From NCBI GenBank assembly GCA_043821645.1, contig JBDRCO010000032.1, forward strand, positions 1-15,564: DNA of 15,564 nucleotides, read 5' to 3'. The notes under the pieces were generated by a model that was not told the DNA's origin, ran no database searches, and saw only the letters and a list, made by a program, of their open reading frames with translations. The stretch comes from Pseudomonadota bacterium (GTDB taxonomy: Bacteria > Myxococcota > JACRCW01 > JAFGSX01). Numbering within the stretch: the first letter of the stretch is position 1; the number at the start of each line of letters is the position of its first letter. The position numbers and the translations under genes are program-made. Of the stretch, positions 4,861-15,564 are shown in pieces.

Positions 4861-7146
4861 ATGCGCAGCTTGCTCGTCGTCCTGCTGAGCCTCGGGGCAT
4901 TCGGCTCGTGCCAGTGCGAGCCCGATCCCGTTCCGACCCTGGTCGACGTGGTGGACCTGGTCGATCCCTTCATCGGCACCGGCGGCGGCGGCTACAGCCA
5001 GGCCCAGGCCTTTGTTGGCGCCACGCTGCCCTTTGGCATGGTGAAGCCCGGCCCGGACAGCTCGGGTCCCCTGCTGGGGAGCACGGGTTTCGCTCACACC
5101 GCGGGCTACTGGTACCACGACGACCACATCGACGGCTTCAGCCTGCTGCACTTTCATGGCACCGGCGTCGAGGACTACGGCAACTTCCTGTTCATGCCCA
5201 CCCTGGGCGTCGACGCCAGCAAGACCAGCGAGAGCGGCTACCGCCAGTTCTTTCGTCACTCGCGCGAGCAGGCCTCGCCGGGCTACTACCAGGTGCAGCT
5301 CGAGGACCTCGGCGTCGATGTCGAGCTGACCGCGAGCCTGCACGCAGCGGTGCAGCGCTACAGCTTCGCCGCAGGCAGCGTGGAGCCCGCGGTGGTGGTG
5401 GACCTTGGGCATGGCCTGGGGCGCACGGGCTGCGTGGACAGCGAGGTGCAGTGGGATGCGTCGGCGGCGGAGCTGAGCGGTCGCATGCGCAATGCGGGAC
5501 GCTTCACCGGCGAGGACCGCGCCTTTGACGTCTACCTCTCGGCGCGTTTCGAGCCCGCCCCTGTGTCCGTGCAACTGTTTCGCGATGGCGAGCTCCTCGA
5601 CGGGGTGGCCAGCGCCACCGGTGTGCGCAGCGGTGCCCTCGTCCGCTTCGCCGACGGCACGCGGCACGTCCTGGTGCGCGCCGGGGTCTCCTACATCGAC
5701 GTGCAGGCCGCGCGAGGCAACCGCGCCGAGGTGGATGGCCGCAGCTTCGACGCCGTGCACGAGGACGCCCGGACGCGCTGGCGCGAGCTGCTGATGCGGG
5801 TCGAGATCGAGGGCGGCAGCGACGCCGAGCAGCGCATCTTCTACACCGCGCTGTACCACAGCCTGCTCATGCCCACGACGATGAGCGAGGCCGACGGCCG
5901 CTCCGTGGGCCTGGACAGGCAGGTGCACGACGACGCGGGCTTCGTCTACCACTCGGACTTCTCGATGTGGGACACCTACCGCACCCTGCATCCGCTGCTC
6001 GGTCTGCTCTATCCGGACAAGCAGCGTGACCTGTCGCGCACCTTGCTGGCGATGGCCGCGCAGCACGGCGCCCTGCCGCGCTGGCCCCTGGCAGTCAACG
6101 AGACCGGCACCATGCTGGGTTCGCCGGCGAGCATCATCCTCGCCGACAGCGCAGCGCGCGGTGTCGTGGACTTCGATCTGCCGGCGGCGCTCGATGCCAT
6201 GGTGGCCGACGCCGACGGCGTGGCCGGGCGCAGCATTCGCGGTGGCGTGGCGCAGTGTCTGGCCGCGGGCTATTGCCCGGCGGACCAGGTCGGTCGAGGC
6301 GTGGCCAACACCCTGGAGTACGCCTGGGCCGACTTCGCCATCGCCAACCTGGCGCGGCAGCTGGGTGACGACGGGATAGAGGCGCGCTTCCGGTCGCGGG
6401 TGGGTGGCTACGCGGGGCTGTGGGATCCCACCGAGCAGTTCCTGCGCGGCCGCAATGCGGATGGTTCGTGGTCGCAGCAGCCCTTTGACCCCGAGGTGTG
6501 GACCGAGGACTTTGCCGAGGGTAACGCCTGGCAGTACCTGTGGGCCACGCCTTTCGATGTGCCAACCTTTGCGGCGCTGTTTGGCAGCGTCGACGCCATG
6601 CTGGACAAGCTGGATACCTTCTTCGAGCTCAGCGAGGCCACGCCGCGGCCCATGCTGGTCGAACCTTTCTCGGGCTACGACCTGTACTACTGGCACGGCA
6701 ACGAGCCCGACATCCACGCCGCCTACCTGTACGCCCTGGCGGGCCAGCCAGGCCGCGGCGCGCGCTGGATAGACTGGGTGCGCCGTAGCAAGTACAGCGA
6801 CGGCCCCGACGGACTGGACGGCAACGACGACGCTGGCACCCTGTCGTCCTGGTACGTGTTCAGCGCCCTGGGCCTGTACCCACTGGCGGGCTCGGACGTC
6901 TACGTCGTGGGCACGCCGCTGTTCAAGCGCGCGGTGCTGCACCTGGCGGGCGGCGACCTGGTGATCGAGGCCCCTGCCGCCGACGCCACACATCTGCAGG
7001 TGCAGGGCCTGGGGCTGCATGGCCAGCCGCAGCGCACGCCCTATCTTCGGCACGCGGATCTTGCTCAGGGTGGCAGCCTGCAATTCACGATGGGCGCGGG
7101 TTCGTCGAGCTGGGGCGAGGGCGAGCCGCTGGACCTGTCGCGCTAG
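4861..7146 (+). CDS. GH92 family glycoside hydrolase (alpha-mannosidase-like), secreted or lipoprotein
   Basis: VDPFIGTGG, GATLPFGMV, ASPGYY, FYTALYH, SMWDTYRTLHPLL, TLEYAWAD, EGNAWQY, HGNEPDIH and GNDDAGTLSSWYVFSALGLYP. Signal peptide ends in GSCQC; GGGAG precedes ATG 4861. Confidence 0.95.
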   Translation: MRSLLVVLLSLGAFGSCQCEPDPVPTLVDVVDLVDPFIGTGGGGYSQAQAFVGATLPFGMVKPGPDSSGPLLGSTGFAHTAGYWYHDDHIDGFSLLHFHGTGVEDYGNFLFMPTLGVDASKTSESGYRQFFRHSREQASPGYYQVQLEDLGVDVELTASLHAAVQRYSFAAGSVEPAVVVDLGHGLGRTGCVDSEVQWDASAAELSGRMRNAGRFTGEDRAFDVYLSARFEPAPVSVQLFRDGELLDGVASATGVRSGALVRFADGTRHVLVRAGVSYIDVQAARGNRAEVDGRSFDAVHEDARTRWRELLMRVEIEGGSDAEQRIFYTALYHSLLMPTTMSEADGRSVGLDRQVHDDAGFVYHSDFSMWDTYRTLHPLLGLLYPDKQRDLSRTLLAMAAQHGALPRWPLAVNETGTMLGSPASIILADSAARGVVDFDLPAALDAMVADADGVAGRSIRGGVAQCLAAGYCPADQVGRGVANTLEYAWADFAIANLARQLGDDGIEARFRSRVGGYAGLWDPTEQFLRGRNADGSWSQQPFDPEVWTEDFAEGNAWQYLWATPFDVPTFAALFGSVDAMLDKLDTFFELSEATPRPMLVEPFSGYDLYYWHGNEPDIHAAYLYALAGQPGRGARWIDWVRRSKYSDGPDGLDGNDDAGTLSSWYVFSALGLYPLAGSDVYVVGTPLFKRAVLHLAGGDLVIEAPAADATHLQVQGLGLHGQPQRTPYLRHADLAQGGSLQFTMGAGSSSWGEGEPLDLSR

Positions 7147-7199
7147 ACCTGGTTCCGGCGGCTTGAACTCGGTCCACATCGTCGTCGTCGCGCCGCCGC

Positions 7200-8060
7200 T
7201 CAGTTCTTGATGAAGGTGCCCTGGGCCAGGTCGCGCAGGGCCTGCTGTATCTCGTCGCGGGTGTTCATGACAAAGGGTCCGTGCCGGGCAATGGGCTCGC
7301 CCAGGGGCTTGCCCGAGAGCAGCAAGAAGCGCGCGGCGCTGTCGCCGGTCTGGGCCGCGAACAGGTCGCCGTCGCCGAGCAGACACAGCTGTGTCGCGCC
7401 GATCTGCTGGCCCGGTGCGGCGTCGTCGCCGCCGAGCACGGCCTCGCCCTCGAACAGGTAGGCCAGGGCGGTGTGCCCGGCCACGATGGGTTGTGTGAAG
7501 CGCGTGCCCGGGGGCATGGTGACGTCCAGGTACTCGGGCGCGGCGTAGATCTCGGTCACGGCGCCGGTCACGCCGTCGACGGAGCCGGCGATGACGCGCA
7601 CCTGCACCCCGTCGTCGCGCTTCACCACGGGGATGCGCGCGCTTGGCACATCCTGGTAGCGCGGTCGGGTCATCTTGAGCCGGGCCGGCAGGTTGACCCA
7701 GATCTGAAAGCCGTCGAGGCGACCCTGGTCGCGCCGGGGCATCTCCTCGTGCAGGATGCCACTGCCCGCGGTCATCCACTGCACGTCACCGGGGCCCACC
7801 ACGCCAGCGTTTCCCATGCTGTCCTTGTGCGCCACCCGGCCACCCAGCATGTAGGTCACGGTCTCGATACCGCGGTGCGGGTGCATGGGAAAACCCGCGA
7901 TGTAGTCCTCGGGCTTGTCCGAGCCGAAGTGATCGAAGAGCAAGAAGGGGTCCACGTAGTCCAGGCGCTGCGTGGCGATGCTGCGGCGCAGGCGCACGCC
8001 AGCGCCCTCGATCACGGCCTGGGGAATGATGCGGTCGGTGACTGGTCGGATGCGTGTCAT
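7200..8060 (-). CDS. Pirin family protein (bicupin)
   Basis: EGAGVRLRR, DPFLLFDHF, GFPMHPHRGIETVTY, VQWMTAGSGILHEEMP, QIWVNLP and GPFVMNT. GGAGG precedes ATG 8060. Confidence 0.96.
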   Translation of the reverse strand: MTRIRPVTDRIIPQAVIEGAGVRLRRSIATQRLDYVDPFLLFDHFGSDKPEDYIAGFPMHPHRGIETVTYMLGGRVAHKDSMGNAGVVGPGDVQWMTAGSGILHEEMPRRDQGRLDGFQIWVNLPARLKMTRPRYQDVPSARIPVVKRDDGVQVRVIAGSVDGVTGAVTEIYAAPEYLDVTMPPGTRFTQPIVAGHTALAYLFEGEAVLGGDDAAPGQQIGATQLCLLGDGDLFAAQTGDSAARFLLLSGKPLGEPIARHGPFVMNTRDEIQQALRDLAQGTFIKN

Positions 8061-8182
8061 GAGGACCTCCTGCCGCAGGATGGACAGTCCCTCGCCATCT
8101 AGTGCAGGAGTGAACCGGGGGCCAGCGGAGCCCCGTTGGCCAGGTCAGGCGGCGCCAGGTGGGAAATGCCGCGGGTGCGTCG

Positions 8183-8563
8183 TCAGGAGATCAGGGCGCG
8201 CAGCGACAGGTGACCGACCCACACCGCCAGCACGCCGACCACGACGCTGGCGAGCACGTTGAGCAAGGCCAGGCCGTGCTGCTCGCTCTGCATCAGGGTC
8301 AAGGTCTCGTGGCCAAAGGTGGAGAAGGTGGTGAACGAACCCAGCAGGCCAACCACCAGCAGCAGTCTCAGCTCCGTCGACAGGCCCGCGCGCGACTGCA
8401 CCAGGGCCATCAGGGCGCCAATGATCAGGCAACCCACCAGATTGACGAACAGGGTACCCAGCGGGAAGCCGTGGCTGGCAAAGCGTTGCACCAAGGTGCT
8501 GGTGCCGTAGCGCAGCACCGCGCCCACAGAGCCACCGAGGCCAACGAGGAGCAGGGTTTTCAC
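8183..8563 (-). CDS. crcB: Fluoride efflux channel CrcB/FluC
   Basis: GGSVGAVLRY, FPLGTLFVNLVGC and GLLGSFTTFSTF; four hydrophobic segments. GTG 8563 follows GGAG and gives 126 aa, a typical size. Confidence 0.95.
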   Translation of the reverse strand: MKTLLLVGLGGSVGAVLRYGTSTLVQRFASHGFPLGTLFVNLVGCLIIGALMALVQSRAGLSTELRLLLVVGLLGSFTTFSTFGHETLTLMQSEQHGLALLNVLASVVVGVLAVWVGHLSLRALIS

Positions 8564-8726
8564 GTGATCGACTCCAGCAAGGGCGGTCGAGGCGCGGGTC
8601 TCGACCACGGGGACAGGTGCTGCTGAATAGCGAATTGTGCGACAAACAGCCAGCTCCTGCTCTGCGTGCGGGCCGCTTCGCATCGCGGCGCACCCTCGCC
8701 TATGCTGGTTCGTCGAGGAGGTTCGC

Positions 8727-9302
8727 ATGCTCCGCTATCGCCGACTGTCCCCTGAGCTGTGGCCAGACCTCGAACGCCTGTTCGGCCCCCGCGGCGCCTG
8801 TGGGGGCTGCTGGTGCATGTGGTGGAGGGTCGCGCGCGGCGGCCAGCTGTGGGAGCAGACCAAGGGCGAGACCGCGCACCGCCAGCTCAAGAAGCTCGTC
8901 GTGGGTGGTCAGGCGCGCGGCATCCTGGCCTACCGCGACGACGAGCCCGTGGGCTGGTGCAGCCATGGGCCGCGGGTCGACTTTCCGCGCCTCGAAACGG
9001 TCAAGGCCTACCGCCGCGATGATGCCCAGCGCGTGTGGTGCGTGAACTGCTTCTTCATACCGCGCGCCGAGCGCGGTCAGGGGCTGGCGACGGGCCTGTT
9101 GCAGGCGGCCCTGGAGGCCATGCGCGACGAGGGCGCGGCCGTGGTCGAGGCCTACCCTGTGCTCGACACCGCGGCCGGCAAGCGCCAGGCCGACGCCTTT
9201 GCCTGGACCGGGCCTCTGGTGCTGTTCGAGCGCGCCGGTTTCGTCGAGGTGCAGCGCCTGTCACCGCGCAAGCCGCTGCTGCGGCTGACGCTCGCGAGCT
9301 GA
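8727..9302 (+). CDS. GNAT family N-acetyltransferase
   Basis: CFFIPRAERGQGLATGLL acetyl-CoA-binding motif A, VVEAYP, FERAGF and an N-terminal CGGCWCMWWR. GAGGAGG precedes ATG 8727. Confidence 0.9.
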   Translation: MLRYRRLSPELWPDLERLFGPRGACGGCWCMWWRVARGGQLWEQTKGETAHRQLKKLVVGGQARGILAYRDDEPVGWCSHGPRVDFPRLETVKAYRRDDAQRVWCVNCFFIPRAERGQGLATGLLQAALEAMRDEGAAVVEAYPVLDTAAGKRQADAFAWTGPLVLFERAGFVEVQRLSPRKPLLRLTLAS

Positions 9303-9314
9303 GTCGCTTCCGTC

Positions 9315-10505
9315 TCAGAACCCGTTCTTGAGCTGGTGCGTGACCAGGCCTGCGTTCTGGTCTGCCAGCATCCCGGCGCCGTCGAGCCAGGTGCGCGCGG
9401 CGCTGTCACCGCGCAGGATGAGATCGACAAAGGCGGTGAGGTAGCGCCGGGTCAGGCGCCGCGTGACTTCGGGATCGTCGCTGCCGGCGGAGCAGGCCGA
9501 GCAGGTCAGGCCGCAGGCCGGGTTGTCGAGGAAGGACATGTGATTGGCGCCCAGCACGGTGATCTCGAGGGCGGGAGAGGTGGCGTGGGTGTAGTAGGCG
9601 TCGAAGTTGTCTGCCGCGGGGGCGCAGGGCTGACACATGAACCCCGTGCAGGTGGCGTTGGTGGTCTCACCGAGCAGGACGATGGGTACGGCGATCTGGT
9701 CCATCCGCTCCGGCGTCACCGACGGGTAGTCCGGCCCGGGTGAGGACAGCGGTCCGCCCGCGCTGTCGACGGGGTCCACGCCGAACACGGCGCGCACCCG
9801 GGCGTCGGTGGTGGCGCGCAGCAGCGCGATCTTGCCACCCATGGAGTGGCCGGCGAGGGCGATACGGGAGGCGTCGAGGGCACCGTCGAGGGCACCGCCA
9901 CCGGCGTTCTGCGTTGTCAGCCAGTCCAGCACCAGTCCGGTGTAGGTGGCGAGCTCTGCGTGGGTGGGCCCGCCGAGCAGGGCTGTGGGCAGGTCGAGCA
10001 GGACGGTCAAGAAGCCGTGGCTGGCCAGATGCTCGCCGTAGGAGGTGTACAGAGTGCTGGCGAGCTGGAAACCCGGCAGCAGCACCACGGCAGGAGCCGT
10101 CTGTGCGCCGTCGGGGATGAACAGTGTGATGCCGACCTGGCGTCCGCTGGTGCCACCTGGCACGTCGAGACTGTGGGTGCTCTCGCCAAAGGTGAAGCTC
10201 CCGGGGTCTTCCGGTCGGGCGCCCACGTCCGCGGCATCCCAGGGGCTGATCGCATCGCGCTGGCTGCTCGCGTCGACGCTGGTGCTGGTGTCCGCGGGGG
10301 CGCTGTCGAACCCGCTGCCCACATCCGCGGGCGCGTTCAAATCACCCGCCGTGCCCGAGTCCTGCACCGCGTGATCCGGCGCTGCGGTGTCGCCACTGGA
10401 GGCGTCGAGCGCGCCCGCGTCGTCGTCCAAAACTGGAATCCCGGGGCAGGCGACGAGCGCCAGGGCGGTCAGCGCAGGCGCCAGGGCTGATCGACACGGT
10501 TTCAT
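9315..10505 (-). CDS. Alpha/beta-hydrolase lipoprotein, chlorophyllase-like
   Basis: Signal peptide with LVAC lipobox; D/S/A/G-rich linker of about 75 aa; HLASHGF, GHSMGG nucleophile elbow, GVDPVD, PCAP and HMSFLD. GGGAGG precedes ATG 10505. Confidence 0.88.
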   Translation of the reverse strand: MKPCRSALAPALTALALVACPGIPVLDDDAGALDASSGDTAAPDHAVQDSGTAGDLNAPADVGSGFDSAPADTSTSVDASSQRDAISPWDAADVGARPEDPGSFTFGESTHSLDVPGGTSGRQVGITLFIPDGAQTAPAVVLLPGFQLASTLYTSYGEHLASHGFLTVLLDLPTALLGGPTHAELATYTGLVLDWLTTQNAGGGALDGALDASRIALAGHSMGGKIALLRATTDARVRAVFGVDPVDSAGGPLSSPGPDYPSVTPERMDQIAVPIVLLGETTNATCTGFMCQPCAPAADNFDAYYTHATSPALEITVLGANHMSFLDNPACGLTCSACSAGSDDPEVTRRLTRRYLTAFVDLILRGDSAARTWLDGAGMLADQNAGLVTHQLKNGF

Positions 10506-10523
10506 CTTCGCCTCCCTGGTTTA

Positions 10524-10551
10524 TATCTACCGATCAGAAGAATAGTGTCAA
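10524..10551 (-). promoter_or_regulatory. Candidate sigma70 promoter for the hydrolase gene (TTGACA-N16-TAGATA)
   Basis: Perfect TTGACA on the minus strand (10546-10551) followed by AT-rich TAGATATAAA just ahead of the RBS, in an otherwise GC-rich region. Confidence 0.5.
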
Positions 10552-10673
10552 GGGCCATCCTCTGGTCGCCGGATCGCAGGAGACCAGTGTCGACGTCAGG
10601 GGCCGCGGTGGCCCGGCCCGGGCCAGTGTGCTATAGGGTTGCACCACACGACGCACACAGGGGCACCCGTCAG

Positions 10674-13093
10674 ATGGATCTGCACGTCTGCATCCACGGT
10701 CATTTTTATCAGCCACCGCGGGAGAACCCCTGGCTGGAGGCCGTGGAGCAGCAGGACAGCGCCTACCCCTACCACGACTGGAACGAGCGCATCACGGCGG
10801 AGTGCTACGGGCCCAACACGGCCTCGCGCATCCTCAATCCCGACGGCCGCATCGTCGGCATCATGAACAATTACTCGCGCATCAGCTTCAACTTCGGGCC
10901 CACCCTGCTGGCCTGGCTGGAGCGCGAGCAGCCCGCGGTGCACGCCGCCATCCTCGAAGCGGACCGCATGAGCCAGGCCCTGCACGGCGGCCATGGTAGC
11001 GCCCTGGCGCAGGTCTACAACCACATGATCTTGCCCCTGGCGTCGAGCCGGGACAAGCGCACCCAGGTCGTCTGGGGCATACGCGACTTCGTGCACCGCT
11101 TTGGTCGCCAGCCCGAGGGGATGTGGCTGAGCGAGACCGCCGTCGACACCGAGAGCCTGGAGTTACTGGCCGAGCACGGCATCCGCTTCACCATCCTGGC
11201 GCCGCGCCAGGCCCAGGCGGTGCGCTCCCTGGCCGGCGGGGAGTGGCGCGACGTCGGCGGCGAGCGCATCGACCCCACGCGCCCCTACCTGTGCCGCCTG
11301 CCCTCGGGGCGCAGCATCGCGCTGTTCTTCTACGACGGGCCGGTGTCGCGGGCCCTGGCCTTCGAGAACCTGCTCGAGAACGGTGAAGTGCTGGCCCGCC
11401 GCATCCTGGATGCGGGGCGTGCGGGGCAGGGACCGCGCCTGGCCCACATCGCCACCGACGGCGAGACCTACGGCCACCACCGGTCCCAGGGCGAGATGGC
11501 GTTGACCTACGGCCTTCATCACATCGAAAGCAAGGGCCTGGCGCGCATCACCATCTATCCCGAGTACCTCGAGGCCCATCCGCCCAGTGACGAGGTGCGC
11601 ATCGTCGAGGACAGCTCCTGGAGCTGCGTGCACGGCATCGAGCGCTGGCGCCGCGACTGTGGCTGCAACTCGGGCATGCACGACGGCTGGCATCAGCGCT
11701 GGCGACAGCCCCTACGCGAGGCCCTGGACTGGTTGCGTGACGAGCTGGATCCCCTGTTCGAACAGCGGGCCGGCGAGTTGCTGCAGGATCCCTGGGCCGC
11801 GCGCGACGACTACATCGAGGTGGTGCTGGATCGTTCTCGAGCCTCGGTGGCGGGCTTTCTCGACCACCGGGCGCGGGCGCCCATGGCGCCGCACGAGCAG
11901 GTGCGCGCCCTGAGCCTGCTGGAGATGCAGCGCAACGCCATGCTCATGTACACCAGCTGCGGCTGGTTTTTTGACGAGCTGTCGGGCCTGGAGACGGTGC
12001 AGGTACTCAAGTACGCCAGTCGCGCCCTGCAGCTGGCAACCAGCGCTGGAGGTCCGGATCTCGAGGCGCGCTTCGTCGAGCATCTGCGCCAGGCTCCCAG
12101 CAACCTGCCCGAGCATGGCGACGGTGCCGTCATCTACGAGCGCCTGGTGCGTCCGGCCCGCGTCGGTGCCCAGCGCGTGGCCGCGCACTACGCGATCAGC
12201 TCGCTGTTCAGTGACGGCGAGATGCCCGAGCACCTGTACGCCTACAGCGTGCAGGCGAGCGGCGCGCAGTCGCTGCACGCGGGCAAGTACCGCCTGGCCC
12301 TGGGCACGCTGCGGGTGCAATCCGACCTGGTGTGGGAGTGGCGCGACCTGATCTACGCCGTGCTGCACCTCGGTGATCAGAACGTGAGCGGCGGCGTGCG
12401 CGTGCTGCGCGACGACGAGGACGCGCAAGCCGTGCTGGACGATCTGCGCCAGGCCTACGAGCGTGGCGACGTGCCGGCCACCCTGCGCCGCCTGGATCGC
12501 CACTTCGGCGGCGAGACCTACACCCTGTGGCACCTGTTCCGGGATCAGCAGCGGGCCATTTTGGATCGCATCTTCGAGGGCGCCGAGAACCAGATCGAGG
12601 CCTTCTACCGCAGCGTCTCGCAGGAGCACTACCACCTGCTTCAAACCCTCATCGACCTCGGTCGGCCGCCTCCGCCCATTTTCAAGGCCACTCTCGAATT
12701 CGTGCTTGGGCGCGACCTGCGCGCCTGCGTCGAGACCTCTCCCCTCGACGCGCAGCGCTTCGATCAGCTCATCGCCGAGGTGGAGCGCTGGCAGGTGACC
12801 GTGGATTCCAGCGCCCTGGGCTTGCTGGGGAGCCGGCAGATCGACGCGCTGACGGCCCGCCTCGCTGACGAGCCGCTGGACGACGCCCTGCTCGACGAGA
12901 TCGTCACCCTGATGCGCGCCTACCAGCGCCTGGAAGCGCCCCTCAACCTGTGGCGATCCCAGAACACTCTGTACGAGATCGGCATCCAGCAGTTCTTTCT
13001 GCGCAGCAAGATGGCCGAGCGCGGCGACGACCTGGCCTCGCGCTGGGTCGCGCGCTTCAAGGAGGTCGCGAACCTGTTCGAAGTGAGGTTCCA

Positions 13094-13097
<4 letters not shown>
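10674..13097 (+). CDS. GH57 family glycoside hydrolase with DUF3536-type C-terminal region
   Basis: IHGHFYQPPRENPW, SFNFGPTLL, YNHMILPL, GMWLSETAVD, ATDGETYGHH, SWSCVHGIERW and MYTSCGWFFDE. ATG 10674 chosen from the family N-terminus. Confidence 0.92.

Positions 13098-15564
<2,467 letters not shown>

Noticed and set aside
4681-7779. 1032-aa minus-strand ORF (also 12920-15538, 11712-13109, 1045-2268 and 9-590)
   Set aside because: Shadow ORFs lying antisense or out of frame to well-supported genes. They are expected in high-GC DNA and contain no recognisable motifs.
8687-8703. Minus-strand ATAGGCGAGGGTGCGCC resembling the start of a fluoride riboswitch upstream of crcB
   Set aside because: It lacks the conserved GATG, the AAAC linker and the downstream GCTRATGAC pseudoknot segment. 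It also overlaps a plausible -10 (TATGCT) of the GNAT gene.
10200-10430. Repetitive-looking sequence in the hydrolase gene
   Set aside because: It encodes a low-complexity Asp/Ser/Ala/Gly linker; there is no true tandem nucleotide repeat.
10609-10625. Palindrome TGGCCCGG-C-CCGGGCCA upstream of the GH57 gene (also GCACCGCGGTGC at 4828-4839)
   Set aside because: Almost entirely G/C; dyads this short are expected by chance in 15 kb of high-GC DNA, and nothing else supports them.

Overview
High-GC bacterial window; the GC level and several Cys-anchored lipoproteins suggest a Myxococcota/deltaproteobacterium-like host (inference). Most of it is ordinary accessory and housekeeping genes: two divergent small lipoproteins, a Cys-type glutathione peroxidase, an aldo/keto reductase, a 128-aa orphan, DNA-3-methyladenine glycosylase I (tag), a GH92 alpha-mannosidase, pirin, the fluoride channel CrcB, a GNAT acetyltransferase, a chlorophyllase-like alpha/beta-hydrolase lipoprotein, and a GH57/DUF3536 + treY operon that runs off the right edge. 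The standout is a 1,095-bp unit (2399-3493): one RAYT-like Y1 HUH transposase gene with a C-terminal helix-turn-helix, bracketed by 29-bp AT-rich inverted repeats (28/29 identical). No target-site duplication, tnpB or REP array is visible, and only the left end forms a hairpin with its flanking DNA. This does not match the textbook IS200/IS605 or REP/RAYT end structures. No rRNA, tRNA or CRISPR array was seen.
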